Assembly (NCBI RefSeq): GCF_001194135.2
Contig: NC_069007.1
Location: 10,944,871-10,993,010 of the forward strand
DNA from: Octopus bimaculoides
Lineage: Eukaryota
Length of the DNA: 48,140 nucleotides
Direction of reading: 5' to 3'
Under the pieces are notes generated by a model. The model was not told the DNA's origin. It searched no databases and saw nothing but the letters and a program-made list of their open reading frames with translations. A program made the position numbers and the translations under genes. This document shows positions 24,532 to 36,928 of this stretch, piece after piece (within the stretch, counting starts at the first letter, position 1; each line of letters begins with the position of its first letter).

Positions 24532-25204
24532 GGCTACCATTGGTTTCATATGAAGAGAGAAATCCCTTGACAATTATCAAGCCAGCTACATGGAACACCA
24601 ATGTTCATCTAGATCAGGGGGTCACCAAACTTTTTCCATGGTGTGCCAGATAACTGAGAGAATGACGTGCGCAGGCCGCTTAACCATTTTGTTCAATACA
24701 ATACAGTGAATGCACAAAAAAATAAAGACAACCAACATATTTATTTACCAAAAAGTTATCAAAGAAGGCGACATTAGCAATAAGATAGTTATATCACACC
24801 CAGTGTACACAAACTAAGCAGCAAAAAAGGTTAGTGAGGTTTGTAAAACTGGTGTTTAGCTTTTAAGATGTCATCAATATTTGCTTTGGAATTGCTGCAT
24901 CCAACCAAGAGAATTGCTTTCAAGAGTTCATCAGTCAACCTCGTTTCATGTGTTGATTTCATATACTTCAGACATAAGTTGTTTCACACACGGATGCCAT
25001 ATTAGACGCAAATGAACTCTCATTGTAGGTACTTACACAAATAATACGGTACAGCAGTGGGCTGAATGAACTGACCTTATGTGCTGGATCTGGTCCACAG
25101 GTCATAGTTTGGTGACTCCTGGTCTAGATGAACACCGATGTTCCATGTGGTAGGCTTGCTAATTGTTAAAGGATTTCTCTCTTAACATGAAACCAATGGT
25201 AGCC
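24532..25204. mobile_element. Palindromic MITE (83-bp arms, TTAA flanks; Kolobok-like termini)
   Basis: TTAA|GGCTACCATTGGTTTCAT..CATCTAGA at left is mirrored by TCTAGATG..ATGAAACCAATGGTAGCC|TTAA at right. Confidence 0.8.
24615..25121 (-). mobile_element. hAT (Charlie-type) deletion derivative with transposase C-terminal remnant
   Basis: TIRs CAGGGGGTCACCAAACT / AGTTTGGTGACTCCTG; 8-bp TSD ATCTAGAT/GTCTAGAT; minus-strand remnant FAS..CE..LKYMKSTHETRLTDELLKAILLVGCSNSKANIDDIL resembles the hAT dimerisation domain. Confidence 0.88.
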
Positions 25205-25245
25205 TTAACTAATAAATAAATATATACATATATATTATATATATA

Positions 25246-25317
<72 letters not shown>

Positions 25318-25917
25318 TAGGTATATGTATATATACATATACATATATGTATGCATGTAGGTATGTTTGTATGTATGTTTATATTGAGCAGATAAACTAG
25401 CAGAATGTGTAGATATCGAGTGGAAATGTGTGCCAATTTGGAGAGTACTTATTCAGTGATGACAAGCAACTCAGATGGAGGCCATTCTGAAGAGACAATT
25501 CTTGACGACATCTATTTATTCTCAATGGAAATCAAGAAAGAGAGAAAAATCGAAGAAAACCTTCTCATTTGCTGAAAATGACAAAAACAATACATACACA
25601 CCCAACCACATATATATACACACATACATATATTATAAACACGCACATGCACGCACACACACATTATTTGATTTTTTGAAAAATACTTGCAGTATTTGAC
25701 AGGTGAAATTTATACACATTCATCAAAATTATTCATAATTTAAAAATAAATTCTCATCAGTGATAAAGAAAGAAAAAAAAATGTTTCTCTTAATGTAATT
25801 TGTCTTGTTTTTAATTATTTTATCTTAATTTTGTTTCACCTCAGTTTAATAATAAATTACTTGTTGGAAAACCTTTGCATAGGTAGTGAAAAAAATAGTT
25901 ATGGTTTCTTATATAAA

Positions 25918-25928
25918 TGATGATGATG

Positions 25929-25990
<62 letters not shown>

Positions 25991-26003
25991 GGTGGTGTAG
26001 GTG
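25918..26003. repeat. (GAT)n-(GGT)n microsatellite
   Basis: Directly visible; it abuts the truncated end of the LINE. Confidence 0.95.
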
Positions 26004-26004
26004 T

Positions 26005-28270
26005 AGATGATGATACCCTGGCTTCCTTCAAATCTTCCCTGTTTCATTATCAAAATAGTACACTTTCAAAGACCAAATTTCATTCTTTCATCATTTGAGA
26101 AGGTATGTACAAGACTTTCCAGTTGCTTCTTAGTTTTGCATAAAGCTTTAAATCATCCACGAATAGAAGATGATTTACCTGACCATACCTTATCCCAAAA
26201 TCATAAACTATTTTGGCTTTCCATAACATCAGAGTGAGTATCACCATGGCCAATACAAATAGTAATGGAGATAAGCCATCACCTTGGAATACACCATACC
26301 TGATGCTCACCTTCCCAAGTTTTTGTCTTCCGCTAAATCAAACCAGTTTTCATACTTTCAGTGGTCACTTTCTCCATATTTTCCCACCATCCCCAGACAT
26401 GCTCATTGTTTTACTCATCCAAATGTGTGGTATCATGTCACATGTTTTTTTATAATACAACCATGCTACATTCAATTCTATCAATCTGCATCTGCAATTT
26501 CTTATTACCATTTTATTAACTGACATCCAGTTTTTATTTGTCATGCTTCACCTTCTGCACCTCCTTTCTGTTCCACTGAAAGTAAATTGTTACCTTCCAG
26601 ATGATGATATAACTTTTCCACCAAGATATTGACCATAAGCTTCCATATAAATGGCAAACAGATTACAGGTTGAAAATTTAACACCAGTTTACCTTTTACA
26701 GGATCCTTAACCCTTTAGCATTTACACTAGCCATATCTGGCCAAAAATATTCTGCACATTTTAAGTTCACACAGGTCAGATCCTGCCTGTCACACCTCTA
26801 CAATGTCATTTTAAAAACAAACAATTACGTCATTGAAATCCAGAAGCTACAAGATAATGCATGGTTAATTCCAAGCAATATAAATAAATATTACATTTGA
26901 CAGAATTATCTGAATTAAGACACAGCAATATTCATCTGTTTGTTATCTAAGAACATGACCTTGGTACAAATATTCATCAAGGTGTGCTGGGATTCTGTCA
27001 TGTAGCTGCATGAAATTCTTCAGTCAATGATCTTGTGCTCCATCTAGGCCTTTGGTATTTTTGCAACTTCAATCTCACCGAGTACAGATCAATTCTGACG
27101 TCCATTTGTTTTGGCACATTAGCAAGTTGCCTCTTCACCAGTGTTAACTACACTACATTTTTGTTATATCTCACTGGCCTGTCACAAAGTTCTCCCCAAA
27201 ATACTTTACTTTGTTCCACATCAGGAATCACTTCCAGATGTTGTTCATCCTCTATTTTTCAAAAAGCCATCTTCTATTCAATTGACATAATCTGTTCTGT
27301 TCAAAATCTTTGCATCTAGAATCATTTTCTTCAATTTGGCCTTTATTTACCACCACCCTTTATAACAATTCTTCATGTTCTGTTTACTTTCCCCTCTCTT
27401 CTAGCCTCAACTGTCCATTCAATTTTCTGAGTAATGTTTCACTATTGAGCTTCTTTCTCGTTATCCTATTTAATTGCTCCAGTTCTTTCCATGTCTTTTC
27501 CAACTTCATTTGTATTCTCTTCCTCCAGTTTGGTTCTTTCTTTTCTTTAAATGTCTTCCACTTGTATCCCATTATGTCAGCTACAACAGTCATGGTGGAT
27601 AAGATTAACCAGTTTGTTTCACTGAGGTTCTCTGTTTCAACCAGGTTTTAAATGCTGTTTACTTTATCTCTGCCTTTCTTTGCTTCTCAGGCACATAATA
27701 ATTTTCTTCATTTTCTACCTCTTCATTATCTTTCCACTACTGTTGCTTCACACTCTTCCTGTTCATTTACTATTTTTCTCTGAATTTCTTCAATTTCTAA
27801 TTCTGTAATCCAATCATTTACACAAATTACCCCTGCATGATCTTTCAGTCATTGAGCAGAATCTTCAAAGCGTCCCCCTTTTCATCCCATATCCACTTCA
27901 TTCACGCCAAGTCATACTTCTTTCCTTTGGTTCACTTTTCAGCCAACATTCAATCACAGTCTTGTTTACCTCTTTTTCTCAATTTATTTTCCTCCCACTA
28001 CACTTTAGACTTTGATCCTAATCCTGATCATTGGCTTGATGACAACCTGCCTGCCATGCATGACCCCTTCAGTGTTGACAGTTTCAACCTCATTAACGCA
28101 GTTATTATGATTATTTGAATTTGACATTTTCTCTTATTTTGAGGTAGAAAGGGTATGCAGTCACCAGTGCTTTTATCACGACACCATCACTAAGTGGATT
28201 GCCATTCAAGGCTCAAAAAGTTCACATCAACCCTTATATACACACAATTGGATGGCTGTTGACTCTCATG
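26005..28270 (-). mobile_element. R4/Dong-clade LINE: 5' region, ORF N-terminus and RT domain; decayed, 3'-truncated
   Basis: Putative ATG at 28127; NDWITELEIEEIQRK; GLDGAQ..LKNF..LHDRI; KDPVKG..QPVICLPFIWKL..EQKG; YKKTCDMIPH; GVFQGDGLSPLLFVLAM; VNHLLFVDDLKLYAK; MKFGL*KC. Confidence 0.88.
26711..26914. mobile_element. piggyBac-like MITE inserted in the LINE RT
   Basis: TTAA|CCCTTTAGCATT..TCTGAA|TTAA; removing the insert and one TTAA rejoins ..CCVL/KDPVKG; right TIR not seen. Confidence 0.7.
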
Positions 28271-28395
28271 AGTTCCTCTGTCCTTTGACAAATTTAAGCG
28301 AAAACAGTTGGTAAGACTTTGTTGAAAGGCAACACCGATAAGATCTTCTGTTTCTGGTTTAAGGCCAGCTGTGCTGAGCCATTTCTGTGTCCTGT
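28270..28395 (-). mobile_element. R4/Dong LINE post-RT fragment
   Basis: QKWLSTAGLKPETEDLIGVAFQQSLTN resembles the WL..G.LK.ETE..I.AAQDQ.L.T motif. Confidence 0.7.
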
Positions 28396-28396
28396 G

Positions 28397-28950
28397 ATTA
28401 TTATTATTATTATTGTTATTGTTATTAGTTTTTCTTCTTTCTTCAGTTTTGTTTCCATTTCTTAACAGAATGTTTTCCTGATATCTAAGACAAAGGAACT
28501 CACTATATACATTGACACTAATACTGCTTCTTTCCTATAAAGCTGATATCCAGTCCATGGCGCTAGGGCACCAAAGAATGTGTTGTTATTATTTAATGAT
28601 GAGCACCTTTATGTAGAGTATGTAGACTGCTCCCAGGATCTGATCTTTTGGAGCTTTGGATGTTGATGTTATCAGGCAGTTTGTTGGTGATTTGTCCAGT
28701 CCTGTTTTCAGGAATCCCAGACCATTAATAATGATAGTTATTACTTGAGCAGCCATTGCCTACATCTAGTTAGTGGGTGTATTTCTCTCTAATGGCATTC
28801 CTTATTATTAGGCATTTCTTTTCCTTCTTTCTTTCTCAGTTTGTACGAATAGGTGTCCAGTCCTATTTCCACAAGTCCCAGACCATTGACAATGATGGGT
28901 ATCACTTGAGCATCCATTGCCCACATCTAGTTTGTAGATGTATTTCTATA
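28397..28950 (-). mobile_element. R4/Dong LINE 3' end with (TAA)n tail and an internal duplication of about 95 bp
   Basis: MWAMDAQVIPIIVNGLGLV.. occurs twice about 161 bp apart, followed by LPDNINIQ.., a 3' UTR and (TAA)n. Confidence 0.7.
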
Positions 28951-29015
28951 TAATAGTGTGAAGGCACACGGCTCAGTGATTAGAACATCGGGCTCACAAG
29001 TATGAGGTAGTGAAA

Positions 29016-29237
29016 AGGCAACGAGCTGGCAGAAACGTTAGCAGGCCAGGCAAAATGCTTAGCGGTATTTCGTCTGTCTTTACTTTCTAAGTTCAAATTC
29101 CGCCAAGGTTGACTTTGCCTTTCATACTTTCAGGGTTGATAAACTAAGTACGAGTTGTATACTGGAGTCGATCTAATCGACTGGCCCCCCCTCCCCAAAA
29201 ACTTTGGGCCTTGTTCCTAGAGTAGAAAAGATTATTT
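29016..29237 (+). mobile_element. SINE family B, full length
   Basis: GAGCTGGCAGAAACGTTAG (A-box-like), AAGTTCAAATTCCGCC (B-box-like), ..GGGTTGATAAACTAAGTAC..GTCGATCTAATCGAC. Confidence 0.85.
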
Positions 29238-29285
29238 AAGGCGGCAAGCTTTGCAGAGACGTAAGCACACGGGGCGAAATGCTTA

Positions 29286-29487
29286 GGCACAAGGCCTGAA
29301 ATTTTGGGGGAGGGGGACAATCGATTAGATTGACCCCAGTATTCAACCGATACTTAATTTATCAACCCCGAAGGGATGAAAACAAAGTCAACCTCGGCAG
29401 AATCTGAACTCAGGACATAAAGACAGAAGAAATACTGGTGAGCATTTCATCCAGCATCGTAATGTTCCTGCCAGCTCACTGCCTTTG
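29286..29487 (-). mobile_element. SINE family B, inverted relative to 29016-29237
   Basis: Reverse complement of the preceding copy; an extra B head lies at 29238-29285. Confidence 0.85.
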
Positions 29488-30279
29488 CAAATTTACAGTT
29501 ATACCAATAATAAGACTGGCTAACAAAATTTTTGTTGCGTTGATACCAACAACTGGTATTACCTAACTTGAGTGTGCTGAATTGAAATATGAAGTTAGTT
29601 TTTCTCTGTAAGCTCTAGAGTTTTTTTGCCATTAAAGTCTTTTTTTTTTCTTATATTTTCCAAATTTCGAATATTTCCTGAGATATGATGTAACCCATCT
29701 GATAATTTTCTAGCTATACTATCTTCAAACTAAGTGGAAAAGAACAAATATCTATGCATTGAGATTCTAACTTTGTTCATATATACAAGTTAGTTCACCA
29801 TAATAAGAATTAGGTTACAATAACAATATTTCTTATTCCGATGCCGAGTAAAATAAATGATATTATGTGCCAGTTTTTTTCCATCTGCTTTTCAGTTGAA
29901 AATATATATTTTTCACAAATGATAGGTGTACATAGAGGAGAAACTGATTAGGATGGAAAATAAAACACAAATAGATCTTATTCAGGTAAGAATTTGCACT
30001 TGGAGCTCTTGCATTTGTGGACTTTCTCAGAGAAATCTCATTTAATGCTCCAGCAGTAGTCTGCATCGTGTTTTTGTCTCTTTGCCCTTGATAACGCTCT
30101 TCCATGGTGGTGAGGTCTTGGTGGAAGCAACCTCCCCACCCATACTGATTGTCTTCCTTATCTGCATTCCAATGGTGGAACTTTGTATCATTGTTAGAAA
30201 CCAGCTCCTTCCTCAATGGAAGAATTTACATAATTAAAAATAGAAGAGCATACATACATAAATATGCGTGTGTGTATAT

Positions 30280-30280
<1 letters not shown>

Positions 30281-30312
<32 letters not shown>

Positions 30313-30432
30313 GTTTAACGTCCGCTTTCCATGCTAGCATGGGTTGGACGATTTGACTGAGGACTGGTGAAACCGGATGGCAACACCAGGCTCCAATCTA
30401 ATTTGGCAGAGTTTCTACAGCTGGATGCCCTT
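30281..30432 (-). mobile_element. SINE family D 3' portion with (ATG)n tail
   Basis: GGGCATCCAGCTGTAGAAACTCTGCCAAA..CCAACCCATGCTAGCATGGAAAGCGGACGTTAAACGATGATG; matches 41960-42108. The tail resembles RTE-type 3' ends (inference). Confidence 0.85.
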
Positions 30433-30755
30433 ATATATATATATATATACATATATATGTTCACAAAAATATATACATGCGCGCGCGCGCGCGCGCGTGT
30501 GTGTGTGTATTTATAAGCACCCAAACATATATACGTGTTTATATGTGTGTGTGTGTATATATATATGCCTACAAAGATGTATACATGTGTGTATATATAC
30601 ATATATATATGTATATATATAGATATGCCCACAAACATATGTATATATACGTGTAAATATATATACATGTATATGCATATACAGACACATACACGTATCT
30701 ATCTATATATATATGTACACAAACATACATGTATATATATTTATATATGTGTGTA

Positions 30756-30840
<85 letters not shown>

Positions 30841-31019
30841 NNNNNNNNNNNNNNNNNNNNNNNNNNNNNNNNNNNNNNNNNNNNNNNNNNNNNNNNNNNN
30901 NNNNNNNNNNNNNNNNNNNNNNNNNNNNNNNNNNNNNNNNNNNNNNNNNNNNNNNNNNNNNNNNNNNNNNNNNNNNNNNNNNNNNNNNNNNNNNNNNNNN
31001 NNNNNNNNNNNNNATACAT

Positions 31020-31074
<55 letters not shown>

Positions 31075-31174
31075 ACACTCATGTATATATATATACACAA
31101 CATTCATGTATATATATATATAGACATATATACATACACACACATATATATATATATACACACAACATTCACGG

Positions 31175-31235
<61 letters not shown>

Positions 31236-31435
31236 TATATACATATATACACACACACACATATATGTAGGATGTATGCATAAACATAAATATATGCATC
31301 GAATTTCATTTTTTAATGAAAACAATCCTCCTTTGGATTCAAAATTTAATTATGATTTTAAATTTCTCTCACATTTAAAACACACAATGAAGCTTTATAT
31401 ATTAAATTACACCATACCACAGGTTTCTTGTCTCA

Positions 31436-31466
<31 letters not shown>

Positions 31467-31515
31467 ATATATATACAAATATTTACATATCTACATATAT
31501 ATATATACACATATC

Positions 31516-31551
<36 letters not shown>

Positions 31552-31579
31552 TACACATATAAATACACACACAAATGCA

Positions 31580-31622
<43 letters not shown>

Positions 31623-31645
31623 CACACACACACACAGACGTATGT
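30433..31645. repeat. Microsatellite cluster (TA, CG/TG, GA, CA, AAAT)
   Basis: Directly visible; includes a gap. Confidence 0.95.
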
Positions 31646-31761
31646 ATACATTAGAATGTTTTTTTTTCTTCGGAAACAAATAGCATCAACTTGAAGAAAT
31701 TCAGTACAAAACAAAGTACCATGATCGTACTCTATTCTTTTCCCCCACTCTCTCTCCATAT

Positions 31762-31935
31762 ATCATCGTCATCATCATCATCATCATCATCATCATTTAA
31801 CGTCTGCTTTCTACACTGGCATGGGTTGGCTAGTTTGGCACAGAACTGGCATGCTGCAGAGCTGTCTCGAATTTCCTATGTCTGTTGTGGTGTGGTTTCT
31901 ATGGCTGGATGCCCATCCTAACTCCACTCAATTTT
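31762..31935 (-). mobile_element. SINE family D, degraded
   Basis: (ATC)n TTTAACGTCTGCTTTC..GCATGGGTTGG..GGCTGGATGCCC. Confidence 0.75.
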
Positions 31936-32414
31936 CAGAGTGTTATGAGAATTCTTCTTTTTTTTTGTGCTACTGACACTAGTGAGGTTGCCATGAAACT
32001 TGCAAGATATAAAAGAACAGAGGAAAAGGAAAAGGGAAACCTCCCAAGTGGAAGTATTTAGGAGGGCAAGGTGGGGGTGAGTGGCTTTATGCCAGACGTT
32101 GAAAGGCAAGAATACGATAAAGGGACAAACACAGTTGTCTTACAATAGAGGAGATATATGGCTGAAGGAGATATGAGGAAGGTTGTGATGGGGGTGCTAG
32201 AGGGCACTCTCAAGGGACAAGAAGGTGAGGATAAGAGGATAAGAGACAGTGGATGATGGAAGAGGGGATGAGAGGGTGTGGATGCTTTCATGGGAGTGAG
32301 GGGGACATACATTTATGTCGGGGGGATGGAGGTGTAATGTGTACATATAAACAGAAAGAGGCAGAGAGACAAAGAAAGAGAGTGATAGATATATGTATCC
32401 AAACCTACACACAT

Positions 32415-32812
32415 CTTTTATCTTTTGCTTGTTTCAGTTATTTGACTGTGGCCATGCTGGGGCACAACCTTGATGAATTTTCAGTCAAATGGATCGATGG
32501 TACTACTTTTCTTTAAGCCTGGTACTTATTTTATCGATCTCTTTTGCCAATCCGCTGAGCTGCGGTGACATAAACACACCAACACCAGTTGTCAAGTAGT
32601 TGGGGACAAACACAGGCATAAAGACACACACATATGCATACACGCATGCACATATACACACAATGGGCTTCTTTCAATTTCCATCTACCAAATCCACTCA
32701 CTAGGCTTTGGTCAGCCCAAGGCTATAGAAGTCACTTGCCCAAGAGCCACCCAGTAGGACTGAACCCAGAACCATGTGGTTGGGAAGCAAGTTTCTTACC
32801 TGACAACTACAC
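32415..32812 (-). mobile_element. SINE family A, full length
   Basis: Head, internal microsatellite, body and 3' hairpin are all present. Confidence 0.9.
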
Positions 32813-32994
32813 CACATAATGGCATATATTTATTCCGAAGAATACATTTAGTACCAATTCATTTGAAAATGGAAAAAAATGAAGCTTTTTCTTAGTTCCT
32901 AAACTTGATAAAAATTTTTATTAATTTTTTCTTTTCTGGTAAGATAAATCTTGCTAAAACAGAACTTTGTGGAAATATGTCAGTTTAACACTAG

Positions 32995-33400
32995 TGCCAC
33001 TGTTACCACTACTGTCATCACCATCACTACCACCACCACCACCACCACCACCACTACCACTATTACTGATACTGCTGTCGCTGCTGCTACTACTACTACT
33101 GCTGCTGCTACTACTACTACTATTGCTGCTTCTGCTACTGCTACTACTAGTATTAGGCATGTCTTTAAGAAGCTATCATCATCATCATCAGTAGCAGCAG
33201 CATTTAACATTCACTTTTCCATGCTTGCATGGGTCAGACAGAATTTGTTGAGGCAGATTTTCTATGACTGGATGCCCTCCCGGTCACTAACCCTCACCTG
33301 TTTTTCAGCAAGGAAATATTTCCCGTAGACCAAACATGTTTTCATGGAAAATTGGAAATGAAGAACATCCTCTGTCTGATGATGATGATGATGATGCTTG
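32995..33400 (-). repeat. (ACC/ACT/GCT)n cryptic trinucleotide run followed by a family-D-related retroposon (about 33175-33400)
   Basis: CATTTAACATTCACTTTTCCATGCTTGCATGGG..CTGGATGCCCT. Confidence 0.7.
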
Positions 33401-33496
33401 TTTACAAGTATCACATCATGTCAAGACAATGAGACAGTAACACAGACATACGCAAGCACACACACGTGCATATATATATATGTGTATATATATATA

Positions 33497-33627
33497 TAGA
33501 CGTCACTAAAGTGAAATCTTAGTAAGTTGACAAGGGAGACAAAGCTGCCTACGGTTGCAGATGCAGCCATATCATGTGATTTCAAATTTTGATGCAGAGC
33601 ATCTTAATTTGCCTTTAGTGACATCTA
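33497..33627. mobile_element. Small MITE with 15-bp inverted termini (TA-bounded)
   Basis: TAGACGTCACTAAAG .. CTTTAGTGACATCTA (14/15 match). Confidence 0.65.
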
Positions 33628-34001
33628 TGAATTTGCCTTTAGGTTTTTAAATTGCTAATAAGCTACCCACATTATTTATAGTTTACACACACACACACAT
33701 ATATATATAATAAGAAGAAAAAATGGAGAAACTAGTCTATAGACATCAATTTATTGGAGCATTTTCAATTCTGTACGATATCAAATTCCATTCTCCTATA
33801 GCTGTTTCTATGCCCGATTAATTCCATTTGAGGAATTAAATTGAATAAATTAATTTAAATTTTCATATCGAATATCGTTAATCGGGTATTTCCTCAGGGG
33901 AAGAATTCAATGGAAAGGAGCTAGACACAATGTGTTGGTTGACCCTTAATAGAGCCAGATGTGTGTGCTTTAGCAACTAATGTATTTATATATGTGGTTA
34001 T

Positions 34002-34153
34002 ATACAACAATTTTCCTGTCTACCAGACCCACTCTCAAGGTCCTGGTTCTGCCCCTGGCTATAGTAGAAAACACTTGCTTAATGTGTCAAGTAGTGAGAC
34101 TTGAACCAGGAACATGTGGTTGGAAAGCAAATTTCTTACCACATCTGCACCTG
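34002..34153 (-). mobile_element. SINE family A 5' half, degraded
   Basis: GGCTATAGTAGAAAACACTTGC..TGAACCAGGAACATGTGGTTGG..TTCTTACCACA. Confidence 0.75.
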
Positions 34154-34904
34154 TATAGTTTTCTTTAAAAAAATAACTAAAAATAAAATGTCTGTGTGTC
34201 ACATGCAAGAATGTAAAATTGTTTTTCTAAAAATTAACTATTTTCTAATTTTTTTTTTTTGAAAAATAATGTTTTTTCACTTTTAGAGAAAAAGCATTTT
34301 TTTTTTTACCTTTGTAGAAAAAAAAAACAAATTGTGTTGTGACACCAGAAAATAAAGTTTTTGGAAACCAAAAAATATTGACTGATTTTTTCATAGATAA
34401 CATAAAGAAAAAAAACCTTATCCAAAAAGAAAACATTTTTATAGATAAAGCAACTTGGCCAGTTAGAAATAGGAACTAAATATTTCTTACACTGTACACA
34501 ACTGTTTTAAAAAAAGAGGACATGTAGTTAGAGATATTTTATTTCTAAAAAGAATGTCTAAGGAATGGTCATGAGAGGAATGTCTTTGATTATATGTGTA
34601 ATGAACTAGCATTGCTCCAGTACAGCCACAACATAGCCATAGCAAGGTCACAACGTGGCCAGATGTTTAGTCAGTTCACATCATAATCACAAAGTCCTTG
34701 GTTGAATCCCATTGCTTGGCACCTACTCAGGAGAACCCAGGCCTTGGGGTTAGATGGAAACTGTGAAGAAGCCTATTGGATGGATTGTACCTGTAATTCA
34801 AAAGGGCCTGCCTAGCACTACTGAGTCATACTGATTCTGCCAAAAAATTACTGAAATAGTCTGAGGAATACTCAGAGACTTTTTGAACGCCTTGTATAGG
34901 TATC

Positions 34905-35287
34905 AGTGACAATGTTGGTTATGACGACGGGGGTTCCAGTTGATCCAATCAATGGGACAGTCTGCTTGTGAAATTAATGTGCAAGTGGCTGAGCACTCCA
35001 CAGACATGTGTACCCTTTAGGTAGTTCTCGGGGAGTTTCAGTGTGACACAGAGTGTGACGAGGCTGGCTCTTTGAAATACTGTTACAACAGAAACATGAA
35101 GGAAGTGTGAGAGAAAGTTGTGGCGAAAGAGTACAACAGGGTTCACCACCACTCCCTGCTGGAGCCCTGTGGAGTTTTTAGGTATTTTCACTCAATAAGC
35201 ACTCACAGCGCCGGGTCTGGGAATCGAAACCGTAATCCTATGACTGTGAGTCTGCTGCCCTAACTACAGGGCCATTGCACCTCCACA
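34905..35287 (-). mobile_element. tRNA-derived SINE family C, full length
   Basis: Minus strand: TGGCCCTGTAGTTAGG (A-box-like), GGTTTCGATTCCC (B-box-like); body matches 43826-44130. Confidence 0.85.
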
Positions 35288-35311
35288 TATAAATGCATGT
35301 TATATGTGTAG

Positions 35312-36352
35312 TGTTACGACCTGGTGGCCATAACCCGAATCTACACAACCAACAATAATGAGGTGAACCCAAAACAACAACACACCATGAAGTTTTTTAA
35401 AATATTAACAATTTAGCGTCAGCATACACAAACAACCTACATACAAACAAATATATAGGAACAAATAAATTACTGCTACACTAGACGTGCAGTCAAAATA
35501 TTTACAAAAGTAAAATATATACAGTTTAGAAATTTGGATTCAGAAATTTGGTTTCATAAATTTGGATTTGTAAATTTGGTTTCATTGGATTCATAAATTT
35601 GGTTTCATACATTTGGATTCCGAAATTTGGTTTTCGAAATTTGGATTCCGAAATTTGGTTTCATAAATTTGGCTTTCGAAATTTGAACCTAAACATAAAT
35701 AAATCTAATGTCAGAACAACCGTTCAAACTAAAAGTTCATGACACAAAACGGCTGCCAGACTACATCAATAATTATAGTTAAAAAATAAATAGTCAAACA
35801 AATTATCTAGTTTGTTTTAAATTCACACAAGATTGCTTCATACAAGCATGCTGAGTAACCATTAGACAAAATTTACAGTTTAGTTGTCTAATACAAAAAC
35901 TTGGCTAGATGAAAAATTAAATTCATATCCCCTCTAGCTATTTATACAAATTTTTCAACATTTATCTTAACAGAAAATAGCTAGCAAAATTACTACACAA
36001 CCTGCCACAAATGCAGGGTTCAAAATTCACATAAATATTACAATAACATAACTAAAGAGATTTTTGGATTCACCCAGATGTAACACAGAAATGATTTAAA
36101 TCTGACAAGCAAAAAGTTCTGGCGAATTCCTGGAGCATAGAATAAATCCATAAATGCCGATCACAAAGCACAAAGTGCATAAACTAAATAGGCAATCATA
36201 GCTTCCAGAATCCAATTGAACAACCTTGTCTCACAGAAAAAACTCAGAAAACTGAGTGTGCAATTATCTCTGCTTATAAAGGCTTGCCAAGGTCTAGCCA
36301 ATTTGCTAGAGTTTCATAGTTTGGCTATTTACACCTAACTTCCCCCATTTTG
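35312..36352 (-). mobile_element. Probable LTR (35312-36333) preceded by a polypurine tract
   Basis: Minus strand: AAAATGGGGGAAGTTAGG|TGTAAATAG .. GTCGTAACA, giving TGT..ACA termini about 1.02 kb apart. Confidence 0.6.
35529..35688. repeat. 14-bp minisatellite AAATTTGG(A/T)TTC(AT/CG) inside the LTR
   Basis: About 11 units alternating GGATT and GGTTT. Confidence 0.9.
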
Positions 36353-36590
36353 ACAATGGATCTCATCCTGACCTTACAGTGCAGCATGCAAAACTGTCTG
36401 TTTACCTGTTAAAATTTATAATGTAGTGTAGGTAACATTGCCCAATAATATTATTTTATAATATACTCATAAAACAGGCATAATTCTTAAGAAAACCTAT
36501 ATTTCCTTACAGTAGTTATTAAATTCAAATCTTAATTTTCATGGAATATTTATTAAATAAAACTGAAACATTCGCAGCATTGAGTTAAAT

Positions 36591-36928
36591 CAGAGGTTCT
36601 CAAATTTTTAGGGTCACCGCTCCCCGCTCATGGCCACATAATGCTCTCAGAGCCCCCACCACTATTTTTATGTATAAATAGATATTTCATATTTTACTAA
36701 TTTATATATACTATGAATCATTTGATATTTAATATTATATAATTTATATATAATAACTATAATAATATCATAAATTCATAGTGTCCCCCAATCCAATGCC
36801 TTCCTCTAATGCCTCCTTTTTCTCTACCACCCCCTCTCCCGCCTCCTCCTTAAACACCAGCACCCAGCTGGACCCTCTCAACGCCCACCAGGGATGGAGG
36901 GTGGTAGTGCTCACTTTGAGAACCTATA
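36591..36928. mobile_element. hAT MITE
   Basis: TIRs CAGAGGTTCTCAAA / TTTGAGAACCTATA; 8-bp TSD AGTTAAAT/AGTTAAGT. Confidence 0.8.
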
